This document shows positions 1 to 8,263 of a DNA stretch of 62,268 bases, one piece after another. Location: NCBI GenBank assembly GCA_964437025.1, contig CAYTEZ010000001.1:1-62268 (forward strand), in the 5' to 3' direction. Below the pieces are notes generated by a model. The model saw only the letters and a program-made list of their open reading frames with translations, ran no database searches and had not been told where the DNA came from. The DNA comes from an uncultured Gammaproteobacteria bacterium (lineage in GTDB: Bacteria > Patescibacteriota > Patescibacteriia > Patescibacteriales > UBA12465). Within the stretch, counting starts at the first letter, position 1; every line of letters starts with the position of its first letter. The position numbers and the translations under genes were made by a program.

Positions 1-122
1 TTTCTAATTCTCTTCCCTAGTTTGTGTTTATACAAAAAGTCGGTTAACAGCGGAGTCCATAAGAAAGTAAAAACAAAAGCCAAGACAGAGAAAAATAAAA
101 TTTTAATAATTTCAAATTCCAT
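1..122 (-). CDS. 5' part of a membrane protein gene running off the window edge; N-terminus resembles MraY (phospho-N-acetylmuramoyl-pentapeptide transferase)
   Basis: Not in the ORF track because the window edge truncates it. The reverse strand from the ATG at 120-122 reads MEFEIIKILFFSVLAFVFTFLWTPLLTDFLYKHKLGKRIRK. That is one TM helix followed by a basic K-x-G-x-x-IR stretch, as at MraY N-termini. Only 40 codons are visible. Confidence 0.35.
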   Translation of the reverse strand, partial: MEFEIIKILFFSVLAFVFTFLWTPLLTDFLYKHKLGKRIR

Positions 123-130
123 AAAATATT

Positions 131-550
131 TTAAAAATTAATTAGATAAGTTGAGATAACTGACATTAATAAAAAACAATGAAATAATAGAAGAAAGGAT
201 AATAAGAAATGAGACCAGAATTTAAAATCTTTCTTTTTTACTAATAGTAATAAAACAATTAGATTGGCTATTATAAATATCAAACTCAAAAGCGGTATAA
301 CAAAAAAGTTAATTTTGTTTCCAATTAAATCAATTCCAAAATCAACATTGTAATGCAAAATAGCGACATCCTGATTACTCTTGCGATACATAAAAAAAGC
401 CAAGTACCATAATGCTAGATTAAGCAAGAGTAAAATGATAAAATAGACCCGAACAAACAAAAAACTAAAGACATCCTTTAATAAAAGCTTTAGCTTAAAT
501 AAGCTAATATGTAGTTGATCGTAAATTTTAATAAAAAAACCCATAAACAT
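131..550 (-). CDS. hypothetical polytopic membrane protein (139 aa)
   Basis: ORF track. It has several hydrophobic helices (FIILLLLNLALWYLAFF, FFVIPLLSLIFIIANLIVLLLL, FLLSFLLLFHCFLLMSVI). It sits 8 nt upstream of the MraY-like start. I recognise no family. Confidence 0.5.
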   Translation of the reverse strand: MFMGFFIKIYDQLHISLFKLKLLLKDVFSFLFVRVYFIILLLLNLALWYLAFFMYRKSNQDVAILHYNVDFGIDLIGNKINFFVIPLLSLIFIIANLIVLLLLVKKKDFKFWSHFLLSFLLLFHCFLLMSVISTYLINF

Positions 551-644
551 TAATTAATTGTACCCACTTTAATTATCATTTTAGCATATTTAAAAATATT
601 ATAAAATATGCTATTATTCTAATGAAAAATTAAGAAAGTTGATT

Positions 645-1331
645 ATGAAAACATTTTGCGTAATTCCTGCCTGGAATGAAGAAAAGAATATCTTTAAAAC
701 CCTCTCCTCTGTTTTACCTAGAGTTGATTTTATTGTAGTAGTAGATGACTATTCCAAAGACAATACCTGTCTACAAGCAGAAAAAATCTTATCCATGCCA
801 GAAGCTAAAGATAAGTTAAAAATACTACGTCATCCTATTAACCTAGGACAAGGAGCAGCCTTGCAAACCGGTAATGAATACGCCTTAAGCCATGGAGCTG
901 ATGTTATTGTTCATTTTGATGCCGATGGTCAATTTTTAAGCGAGGAAATACCAACTGTTATTAAACCAATCATAGAGAACGAAGCTGATATTGTTTTTGG
1001 TTCTCGTTTCTTAGGCATAAAATCAGACATCCCTGGCTTCAAAAAAAATATTATTATGCCGCTGGCTAAAGTATTTAATCTAATATTTTTTGGAATAAAA
1101 ACTAGCGATCCACAAAGTGGCTTTAGGGCAATGAACAAAGAAGCAGCTCAGAGAATAAAAATAGAAAACAATATGATGGCTCACTGTAGCGAAATATTAG
1201 CCAAAGCTCATAAATACAAGCTTAGAATCAAAGAAGTCCCTATTACTGTTATTTATAATCATTTTGGACAAAAATTATCTGGTAGCTTTAAAATTATTAA
1301 AGATTTATTCTTCAAAAAAATAAGTAGTTAA
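645..1331 (+). CDS. family 2 glycosyltransferase (DPM1/polyprenol-phosphate sugar transferase-like)
   Basis: Shows VIPAWNEEKNI, VVVDDYSKDNT and HFDADGQF (a DxD-type motif), typical of GT2. The ORF track starts at TTG 639; the ATG at 645 is the more likely start. Confidence 0.85.
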   Translation: MKTFCVIPAWNEEKNIFKTLSSVLPRVDFIVVVDDYSKDNTCLQAEKILSMPEAKDKLKILRHPINLGQGAALQTGNEYALSHGADVIVHFDADGQFLSEEIPTVIKPIIENEADIVFGSRFLGIKSDIPGFKKNIIMPLAKVFNLIFFGIKTSDPQSGFRAMNKEAAQRIKIENNMMAHCSEILAKAHKYKLRIKEVPITVIYNHFGQKLSGSFKIIKDLFFKKISS

Positions 1332-1348
1332 AAAATAAAAAAAATAAT

Positions 1349-1666
1349 ATGATTCAACAAGTTGTTGCCCTCCTTATCCTTCTCTTCTTTATCGTAAAAT
1401 TAAATAGAGAAAGAAGGAAAAAATCTATTACTAAAAATGAATTTGTTTTCTGGTTAATCTTTTGGTTGTTGGGTGTATTAACTATTGCTTTTATCAAACC
1501 AATCGACAAAATAGTAATGAACCTAGGTTTTTCCTCTTCTGGTATTAATTTGGTCTTCTACTTAGCCGTTCTTTTCTTATTCTACTTAATATTTAGAATG
1601 CGACTTAGATTAGTAAAGATGGAAAACGATATTACCGAACTTAGTAGAAAAATTGCTTTGAAATAA
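1349..1666 (+). CDS. DUF2304-like small membrane protein (usual GT2 partner)
   Basis: 105 aa with three TM helices and a C-terminal amphipathic helix (VKMENDITELSRKIALK). It lies immediately downstream of the GT2 gene, which is the usual DUF2304 arrangement. Confidence 0.65.
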   Translation: MIQQVVALLILLFFIVKLNRERRKKSITKNEFVFWLIFWLLGVLTIAFIKPIDKIVMNLGFSSSGINLVFYLAVLFLFYLIFRMRLRLVKMENDITELSRKIALK

Positions 1667-1680
1667 AATAGATAAAAATA

Positions 1681-1710
1681 AAAACACGTATCTCTTGATA
1701 CGTGTTTTTT
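1681..1710. terminator. bidirectional intrinsic terminator between convergent genes
   Basis: AAAACACGTATC-TCTT-GATACGTGTTTTTT. This is a 9-bp stem (1684-1692 / 1697-1705) flanked by an A-run and a T-run. Confidence 0.65.
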
Positions 1711-1727
1711 ATTTAAATAATATATTA

Positions 1728-2813
1728 TTAATCTTTTAAACAACGAACCGAGAGACCGCTAACTAAAGATTCTCGAAAAGAATCATGGAGAAAGGAAGTT
1801 CCACCATAATTGAAATAACGATTATAAGCAGCCGATGAATAACGTAATGAAGACGACCAAAAAAACGCATATTGACGCAAAAATTCAAAAGACCCATTAT
1901 TTTCAGACCATATAAACCCAGAACCTACTCCATTAAAACCAACCTCATTAGTTGCACTAGAATTAGGAGACCACCAATAAATAGTCCCTGTTGTTTTCAA
2001 TTTTCCTCCAGCGACAGAACTACCACCTAAATAAGATGTCAAAGTGTCAAATTCAACTGACATTGGAACATGCCAACCAGTTGGACAAGCACCTTGGGCT
2101 CCTTCAGCTGAGCCATTAGTGCTAGATGTAGCTACAGCAGCATACCAATTATACAAAACACCGTAAGTAATATAATTAGCCGAAGCTTTAGCAGCGGCTA
2201 TATCACTACCACTGTATCCTTGAACACCATAAGCCGCTTGAGCAGAATTGCTCAAAGAAGTAAAAGCAGCACCACTTTGAACTGATGGAAGATAGGCTAA
2301 ATTTTTTGCCATCCAACATTGAGTCCCTATTTGAACTGTTGGATATTGTTGCCCATCGCGAGAATCAGTTAAAATTTCCCCGCAAACAAAGGGAGGTGTA
2401 TAATTACTTACCCCATCTCTAGTAGCAATTTTGTCACCAGAACTTAAACCAGAAGTTCTTCCACCTAAACAAAAAGTAATGGAATAAGTAGAACCATTTG
2501 AAGAATAGGTATAAGCATTAGTTGTAGTTGTGCAACTTCCATCTATTGGGGTTGGAGCTACCGGAAGAGTTGTAAGATATACTACCCCCGATGTAGCTAT
2601 AGTACTAGTAACCGATGTAGGATATGAATTATTATCATTAAAATACAACTCTAATGCTGTTTGCATTTGTTTAACATCAGCAAGTCTTTTAGCATCACGA
2701 GCACTAGCACGAGAGTTTTGTAGGGCTACTACGGCTAGAGTGGCTAATACAGCAATAATAGCTATTACCACTAATAGCTCTATTAGGGTAAAAGCTTTTT
2801 TAAGCTTGTTCAT
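1728..2813 (-). CDS. type IV pilin-like protein: prepilin N-terminal methylation domain fused to a FISUMP (Fibrobacter succinogenes major paralogous, TIGR02145-type) domain
   Basis: The N-terminus KKAFTLIELLVVIAIIAVLA is a class III signal/pilin helix. The C-terminal half carries the FISUMP blocks DGQQYPTVQIGTQCWMAKNLAY, YGVLYNWYAA, CPTGWHVPMSVEFDTL, GGKLKT, TNEVGFNGVGSGF, FFWSSS and SVRCLKD. Confidence 0.85.
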   Translation of the reverse strand: MNKLKKAFTLIELLVVIAIIAVLATLAVVALQNSRASARDAKRLADVKQMQTALELYFNDNNSYPTSVTSTIATSGVVYLTTLPVAPTPIDGSCTTTTNAYTYSSNGSTYSITFCLGGRTSGLSSGDKIATRDGVSNYTPPFVCGEILTDSRDGQQYPTVQIGTQCWMAKNLAYLPSVQSGAAFTSLSNSAQAAYGVQGYSGSDIAAAKASANYITYGVLYNWYAAVATSSTNGSAEGAQGACPTGWHVPMSVEFDTLTSYLGGSSVAGGKLKTTGTIYWWSPNSSATNEVGFNGVGSGFIWSENNGSFEFLRQYAFFWSSSLRYSSAAYNRYFNYGGTSFLHDSFRESLVSGLSVRCLKD

Positions 2814-2861
2814 AATTTGTTTTATTTAAAATTTTAATAAGCAAATCAATCTTATTTTTTT

Positions 2862-2890
2862 ATTATAACATCTGAAAAACAATAATTCAA
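2862..2890 (-). promoter_or_regulatory. putative sigma70-type promoter of the pilin-FISUMP gene
   Basis: The minus strand reads TTGAAT (2885-2890), a 17-nt spacer, then TATAAT (2862-2867), about 48 nt upstream of the ATG. AT-rich DNA gives many chance matches. Confidence 0.4.
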
Positions 2891-2899
2891 CCAGAATAT

Positions 2900-3646
2900 T
2901 TAATTTAGTATACAATAATAAGTACGACTCTGAACTTGAGGCCCACAATAAGTATCAGCGCAAACATCTTTAACTACAAATCCAGCTTTAGTCAAAAAGT
3001 TTTTCATATCAGTTTCGTTGATATAACTCATCTTAATAGGATAAAGACCAATTTTTTGATAGAGAAATTTTTCTGAGAAACCAAGACCTTTTAAAGCATT
3101 ATATAATCGTCTAACTGGTTGAAAGCGAAAGCGCCAAGGAATTTCACTAGGTAGTTGAAAAACTAAAACTCCCCCATCTTTAAGTATTCTTTTAAACTCT
3201 AAAATATATTTTTTAATAAACTCCCTATTTGGTAAGTGTTGCAACACTATTCCGGAGTAAATAAAATCAAATTTTTTATCAGGAAATATTTTTAAATCAT
3301 CACTGTTTACAAAAAACTCAGCCATTAAACCAGAATTAATTCCTCGCGCTTTTTCTACCATAGCTTGAGAAATATCAGTGCCATTATATTTAGAAAAATG
3401 CTTTAACCAAAACCGAGCCAAACGGCCGACACCGCAACCGAAGTCTAACATTTCTCCCCCATTTAAACCAATACCATGTTTTTTCATTTGAGAAAAAATA
3501 TTTTCTACTTCAATTTCTCCGGTACTTAAAAATTCATTTAAGTCCCAATTATTAAATCGCTTGCTACTGTCTGAAAGTACGGCCCAAAAAGGATCAAGCT
3601 CACCCAAGGCCTCCCAGTTTTTTTTGTGTTCTGTGATCTTAGACAT
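2900..3646 (-). CDS. class I SAM-dependent methyltransferase
   Basis: Motif I LDFGCGVGRLA, followed by GTDISQAMVEKAR and IYSGIVLQHL. Confidence 0.8.
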   Translation of the reverse strand: MSKITEHKKNWEALGELDPFWAVLSDSSKRFNNWDLNEFLSTGEIEVENIFSQMKKHGIGLNGGEMLDFGCGVGRLARFWLKHFSKYNGTDISQAMVEKARGINSGLMAEFFVNSDDLKIFPDKKFDFIYSGIVLQHLPNREFIKKYILEFKRILKDGGVLVFQLPSEIPWRFRFQPVRRLYNALKGLGFSEKFLYQKIGLYPIKMSYINETDMKNFLTKAGFVVKDVCADTYCGPQVQSRTYYCILN

Positions 3647-3664
3647 AATAATTATTTATTAAAA

Positions 3665-4090
3665 TTATTTTTTAAAATCTCTTTTAACAAATTTCTTCCC
3701 TTTATATCTACTACTATCTGATTTTTTAGCACTAAATCTTTTAATCCCAAAAGGTTTTTTATCTTTATCTAAAAATGCTTTATCATCGTTAAACTTTCTT
3801 TTACCAAAAGACTTCTTCTCTCCTAGTGGTTTTCTATCATCAAACTTTCTTTTACCAAAAGTCTTTTTTGCACCAAATGGTTTTTTATCTTCAAATTTTC
3901 TATTACCGAATGTTTTTTTACTTCCAAAAGATTTATCTTCTCCAAAATTTTTTCTATCATCAAATTTCTTTCTATCATCAAATTTTTTATTACCAAAAGA
4001 TTTTTTATCTTTATCATCAAATCTCTTTCTGTCGCCAAATGGCTTTTTACCTCTATCTCCAAAAGGCTTTCTACTAGGACCAGCTGATTT
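3665..4090 (-). repeat. in-frame tandem degenerate repeats encoding the K/R/D-rich FG tail of the helicase
   Basis: The last ~140 aa read RKPFGDRGKKPFGDRKRFDDKDKKSFGNKKFDDRKKFDDRKNFGEDKSFGSKKTFGNRKFEDKKPFGAKKTFGKRKFDDRKPLGEKKSFGKRKFNDDKAFLDKDKKPFGIKRF. The unit is roughly KK-x-FG-x-(K/R)KFDD(R/K). Both antisense ORFs in the track (3823..4098, 3826..4077) are repeat artefacts. Confidence 0.75.
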
Positions 4091-5275
4091 TCTGCCATAT
4101 GTCTTTTGCGGGGTAAGAGAATAACTCTTTCTAATTATTGGTTTTTGGTCTATTCCAATTCTAGTGGTTGGAAGGTTTTTCTTAATCAAACGTTCAATTT
4201 TTTGAATCTCTCTAATTTGGCCAGGAAGTGAAAAAGAAATAGCTTTACCACCTTTTCCAGCTCGAGCTGTTCTACCAATACGATGAACATAGTCCTCTGA
4301 ATTATCTGGTAAATCATAGTTTAAAACTAATTGAATCCCGTTTATATCCAAACCTCTAGCCGCCACATCAGTAGCTACTAAAATTCTCTTAGCCCCATCT
4401 TTAAACCCAGCAAGTGATGTCTTTCTTTGATTAAAGGATAGATTAGAATGAATTTCGTTCGCCTTATACCCCTCTTCATTTAATCTCTTAGCTAAAGCAG
4501 TAGCTCCGTATCTAGTTCTAACAAAAATTAAAACCAAATCTTTGTACTCATCTAAAAGTTTTGTTAAGTTTTTAAACTTATCCTCCGACTTTAATATATA
4601 TATTTCTTGATCAACTAATTCGGCTGTTGTTCCGGTTGGGGCAACTTGAATTTGTAATGGTGATTTTAAATATTTTTCAGCTAACTTAATAATCGCGGCT
4701 GGCATAGTAGCTGAGAATAATAATGTCTGACGAGTAGCTGGAGTTAATTTAATAATTTCTTCTATCTGTGGAGCAAAACCTAAATCAAACATCATATCAG
4801 CTTCATCTAAAACCAAAACTGAAATATCATCTAATTTAATTGTTTTTCTTTTAATATGATCTAATAATCTTCCTGGTGTTGCTACAATCACATGAGGATT
4901 TCGACGAAGAGAATATAGTTGTTTGTTAAAAACCTCACCTCCAATAATGGAGACAGTTTTTAAACCTAAATCTCTACCTAAATTTTTTAAATTTTCTTCT
5001 ACTTGGTTAGCTAATTCTCTGGTTGGAAGCAAAACTAAAGCTCTCCCCTTAACTTCAGCTAAGCGTTGAATCATGGGGATACCGAAAGCAAAGGTTTTAC
5101 CAGTTCCAGTTTGAGCTACACCAAATAGATCTTGGCCTGATATAGCTACAGGGATAGCCTTAGCTTGAATAGGTGTAGGGATTTCTATCCCAATTTTTTT
5201 TAAAACACCCAAAATGGATGGTTTTATACCCAAACCATTAAAATTAGTTGGTGTTAAAACTGTGTCTTTTGACAT
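3665..5275 (-). CDS. DEAD-box ATP-dependent RNA helicase with a long repetitive basic C-terminal tail
   Basis: Q-motif region (F..LGI..S....L...GIEIPTPIQ), Walker A AQTGTGKT, PTRELA, VLDEAD, SAT, and HRIGRTARAG. Confidence 0.92.
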   Translation of the reverse strand: MSKDTVLTPTNFNGLGIKPSILGVLKKIGIEIPTPIQAKAIPVAISGQDLFGVAQTGTGKTFAFGIPMIQRLAEVKGRALVLLPTRELANQVEENLKNLGRDLGLKTVSIIGGEVFNKQLYSLRRNPHVIVATPGRLLDHIKRKTIKLDDISVLVLDEADMMFDLGFAPQIEEIIKLTPATRQTLLFSATMPAAIIKLAEKYLKSPLQIQVAPTGTTAELVDQEIYILKSEDKFKNLTKLLDEYKDLVLIFVRTRYGATALAKRLNEEGYKANEIHSNLSFNQRKTSLAGFKDGAKRILVATDVAARGLDINGIQLVLNYDLPDNSEDYVHRIGRTARAGKGGKAISFSLPGQIREIQKIERLIKKNLPTTRIGIDQKPIIRKSYSLTPQKTYGRKSAGPSRKPFGDRGKKPFGDRKRFDDKDKKSFGNKKFDDRKKFDDRKNFGEDKSFGSKKTFGNRKFEDKKPFGAKKTFGKRKFDDRKPLGEKKSFGKRKFNDDKAFLDKDKKPFGIKRFSAKKSDSSRYKGKKFVKRDFKK

Positions 5276-5411
5276 AAAATAAAGTGATCCGAGTTCTAGC
5301 GATCACTTTTAAATAAATGATGAAGAAACGAATTTATTAATAATTACGATTAAATACTACCTCTAAGATGACACCTAAATAATTAAATGTCAAGCTTTGG
5401 TAAAATTATTT

Positions 5412-5446
5412 AAAAAAAGCCCCAAATTGTTTATACAACTTGAGGC
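5412..5446 (-). terminator. intrinsic terminator of the 5454..6140 gene
   Basis: Minus-strand RNA GCCUCAAGUUG-UAUAAA-CAAUUUGGGGC forms an 11-bp stem including two G-U pairs. It is followed by UUUUUUUAAAUAA. Confidence 0.6.
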
Positions 5447-5453
5447 TAGAAAA

Positions 5454-6140
5454 TTAGTTAGATCTTATTGATGAATCAATAAAAGCAAACCCGTCATAGA
5501 TGTCCCACGATTTACCAATATAATAACTTCTTAAAGACAACAAAGAGCTGTTAGAATTATTATTAAAACTACCTTCAATATTTTCCCAAACAGATAATAA
5601 AGCTGGATCCATATCTGGTTTTTTTATCGGTTCGTGCATAACAACCATAGTTCTTACCTCCATAGACCTAAAGTCTTTGTTAAAAAATTTGTTTCTGATA
5701 AGACAGGCGGCTTCATAATTAGTGTTAGAAAATCTTAGCTTTTCAGCTTCTAAAAGAATATTTTTAATATTCCTGTTTTTTGTATTTTTGATAATTCCAC
5801 CCTTCAAAACAGCGATGTTATAAATAACACCAATAGTTGGTTTAAAATTTTTAGAAAGTAATACTTGCTTAGTTTTGTTGTCAACACCAATGCCTTTATT
5901 TTCAAAACGATTAATCCACTCGCCGCCGGTCGTGCCATCTGAAATAACCGAAAAACGAATAATGCCGTCTTCTTCATCCCATGAAGAAGTAGATTCAGAC
6001 AAAACCCATTCACCGGAATTAACCAATCTAATAGCTTCTTCAGGATCATTAATCCCTGTTTGTTTCATAATGTTGTTTACTAGGGCATTAAGTTTGCCTA
6101 CTTCAACTTTTTGAATAGTAAATAAAAATTTTTCTTTCAT
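5454..6140 (-). CDS. hypothetical cytoplasmic protein (228 aa), no recognised domain
   Basis: ORF track. A strong SD lies upstream (AAGGAG 6 nt before the ATG). There is no TM segment or signal peptide. It may be weakly related to the 48.7-51.2 kb paralog family (see findings). Confidence 0.6.
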   Translation of the reverse strand: MKEKFLFTIQKVEVGKLNALVNNIMKQTGINDPEEAIRLVNSGEWVLSESTSSWDEEDGIIRFSVISDGTTGGEWINRFENKGIGVDNKTKQVLLSKNFKPTIGVIYNIAVLKGGIIKNTKNRNIKNILLEAEKLRFSNTNYEAACLIRNKFFNKDFRSMEVRTMVVMHEPIKKPDMDPALLSVWENIEGSFNNNSNSSLLSLRSYYIGKSWDIYDGFAFIDSSIRSN

Positions 6141-6208
6141 AATTAACTCCTTGCGCTACATTACGCTTTTTGTTTTTCCTCTACTCCGAGGCGGAACTAT
6201 GAACCATT

Positions 6209-6262
6209 TTGGTTATAGCCAGAAAAAGATTAAATAATTAATCATCTTTTGGCTATAACCAA
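6209..6262 (-). promoter_or_regulatory. long hairpin inside the ~140-nt 5' leader of the 5454..6140 gene
   Basis: TTGGTTATAGCCAGAAAAAGAT (6209-6230) pairs with ATCTTTTGGCTATAACCAA (6244-6262). That gives 13 perfect bp plus a further ~7 bp after a bulge. No U-tract follows on the minus strand, so it is not a canonical terminator. Confidence 0.4.
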
Positions 6263-6290
6263 TTAGAATTATTTTAAAGAACAATATTGT

Positions 6291-6319
6291 ATTTTAACAT
6301 ATCTCCGATTATTTGTCAA
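6291..6319 (-). promoter_or_regulatory. putative promoter for the 5454..6140 gene
   Basis: The minus strand reads TTGACA (6314-6319, overlapping the end of the upstream ORF), a 17-nt spacer, then TAAAAT (6291-6296). Confidence 0.4.
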
Positions 6320-8234
6320 TAGAGCCAAAATAAAATATCATAATAGCACCATCAGATACGGTATATATAGCGTCAGCTTGAACCCTAGCCTCCTCTACAA
6401 TTCTGTCAAAGGCCCACCAATAGTCATTAACTACAAAATATACTCCACTAGCTCCAGTTTGAGCCATTAATTCCTTCATTAATTCTTTTTGCGGATTCTC
6501 TATCATCTTTAGATAATAATCATAGGTAAGCCCACCAGTTTGGACGGAATAATAGAACCAAGGGCCGAAGTATCTCTTGAAACCTAGTTCTTTAATAGCA
6601 GCAGCTCCCACTTGTTGGTTGGCTAAAACAATATAGTTATCATTTTCTTTTTTTTCTTCAATTAGTCGCACCGCCTTAAAATCATTTTCCGAAACAGAGA
6701 AAGAACGAGAATTAAAATAATTATCTTTCCTTGGATAGTTTATATACAACGAAGAAAAAAGTAATGATAAAAGAAAAAGGGATAAAATAATTCTAATAAT
6801 CTTTTTTTCTTGCCCTATTCTTTTAAGCAAGCAAATAAACATATCATAAAAAACGGGAATTAAAAACAAGAAAGACAAAATTAATATTCTGCCAGCATAA
6901 CTACTTTTATCAATCTGACTTAAAAATGGAAAATCAATAAACAAACTAGCTAGATAAGAAAGCATGAGAGTCAAAGAATTAAAATAGAAAACCTTTAATT
7001 CCTTTCTTCCCTTTTTAAAAACAAATATACTAGCTAAAACAAAAATAAATAACAGAAAAATATTTTTGTTAACAAAAAAGAAATAAACAAAATTTAAAAA
7101 TACATTTTCTTGTCCTAATAATTTTGGTATCCAACTAGAGATTGAAATGTTTAAACCAGTAAAGCGACCACCAGACAAACATAAAAGCAATGGTAGTAGT
7201 ATAATTTGAGCAGTATAAGCTAAAAGGCGTAAAAAACTAACTATTTTAAGCTTTAAATTGAGCTGATAACTAAAAAGTATGGAAACAAAAATTAAGGCTG
7301 GCACCCCGGCTAAAGGATGAATAAAAAATATTGTTATCGCCAAAGAAAAAAGAAAAAAGAAATTACTTTTTTGCAAAACAAATTTTTGATTGAAAGAAAA
7401 GAATAATAATACTAGCAAAAAAAGGAAGGCTAAATTTTGTGGAACAGTATAAGTAAAGATAGAGAAAGGTAATATTAGAAATAAAAGCAAAGCCCACACA
7501 TTATTTTCTCTACCCCTTCTTTTAAAATTAAAGAAAATAGTAGCTGGTATTAAAATAGCTGACAAAAAAGGAACCAGCATCTTATCTAAAAGTGACAAAG
7601 AAGCTGGCCAAATTTTAAAGATACTTAATTCCAAAACATACTGTCCAATATAATAAATTGTTTTAGGAACTATTAAACCAAAATTATAAATATCGGAAAT
7701 GGCTCGCTCGTGCAATAATTGATCATAACCAAAAGCTATTCTGTAAACAAAGAAAGAAATAGAAAAAAATAATAAATAAAGAATGGCTATTAAAAAATAC
7801 GAATAGCGATTTTTTAAATAGATACTAACAAATAAGATAAGTAAGGCTAACAAAAGTAAAAGCCAAAAACTAAGAGGTAAAAAAGTCCAAGGAGTGTAAA
7901 TTGCCATTAAGCTTCCTTTAATATATAGTAGTTTAAATAAATATAAAACAATCCCTAAAAAAGGCACAACCAACAACAAATCTTTCCATTTTCTCCCCTG
8001 TATAATTTTACTAGTTTTAACTTGTTGCTCGTCTTTAAAAATGTTAAAATAAATAAAGGTTCCAGTACCAATTATGGCCAAAATTAAGGACAAAACAAAG
8101 GTGAAATTATTAAAACGATAAAAATAGTACAAAATTGAAGAAATATTAACCATTATTGAAATAAAAAGCAAAATCAAGGTCAAAAAATTGGCCCCAATAT
8201 AATGACTAAGCATTTTGTAAGTAAGTTTTCTCAT
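6309..8234 (-). CDS. large polytopic membrane protein with a C-terminal soluble domain; possible GT-C-type glycosyltransferase or glycan polymerase
   Basis: 641 aa. About 480 aa consist of a dozen or more hydrophobic helices, followed by a ~150-aa hydrophilic C-terminal domain (SFSVSENDFKAVRLIEEKK...WWAFDRIVEE). It is divergent from two GT4 genes. The functional call rests on architecture and context only. Confidence 0.55.
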   Translation of the reverse strand: MRKLTYKMLSHYIGANFLTLILLFISIMVNISSILYYFYRFNNFTFVLSLILAIIGTGTFIYFNIFKDEQQVKTSKIIQGRKWKDLLLVVPFLGIVLYLFKLLYIKGSLMAIYTPWTFLPLSFWLLLLLALLILFVSIYLKNRYSYFLIAILYLLFFSISFFVYRIAFGYDQLLHERAISDIYNFGLIVPKTIYYIGQYVLELSIFKIWPASLSLLDKMLVPFLSAILIPATIFFNFKRRGRENNVWALLLFLILPFSIFTYTVPQNLAFLFLLVLLFFSFNQKFVLQKSNFFFLFSLAITIFFIHPLAGVPALIFVSILFSYQLNLKLKIVSFLRLLAYTAQIILLPLLLCLSGGRFTGLNISISSWIPKLLGQENVFLNFVYFFFVNKNIFLLFIFVLASIFVFKKGRKELKVFYFNSLTLMLSYLASLFIDFPFLSQIDKSSYAGRILILSFLFLIPVFYDMFICLLKRIGQEKKIIRIILSLFLLSLLFSSLYINYPRKDNYFNSRSFSVSENDFKAVRLIEEKKENDNYIVLANQQVGAAAIKELGFKRYFGPWFYYSVQTGGLTYDYYLKMIENPQKELMKELMAQTGASGVYFVVNDYWWAFDRIVEEARVQADAIYTVSDGAIMIFYFGSIDK

Positions 8235-8263
8235 ACTAATAATATAGCAAAAAATAAGAATAT

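Noticed and set aside
3823-4098. Two ORFs overlapping the helicase tail: 91 aa on the same strand in another frame (3823..4098) and 83 aa antisense at 3826..4077.
   Set aside because: They lie entirely within the periodic repeat that encodes the helicase tail. Their low-complexity translations are a by-product of the repeat, and the helicase frame is continuous with conserved motifs.
5283-5312. Hairpin AAGTGATC-N11-GATCACTT just upstream of the DEAD-box helicase start.
   Set aside because: It is a short 8-bp stem that could be a 5'-UTR structure, but it has no supporting features. The true terminator of the upstream gene is the stronger hairpin at 5412-5446.
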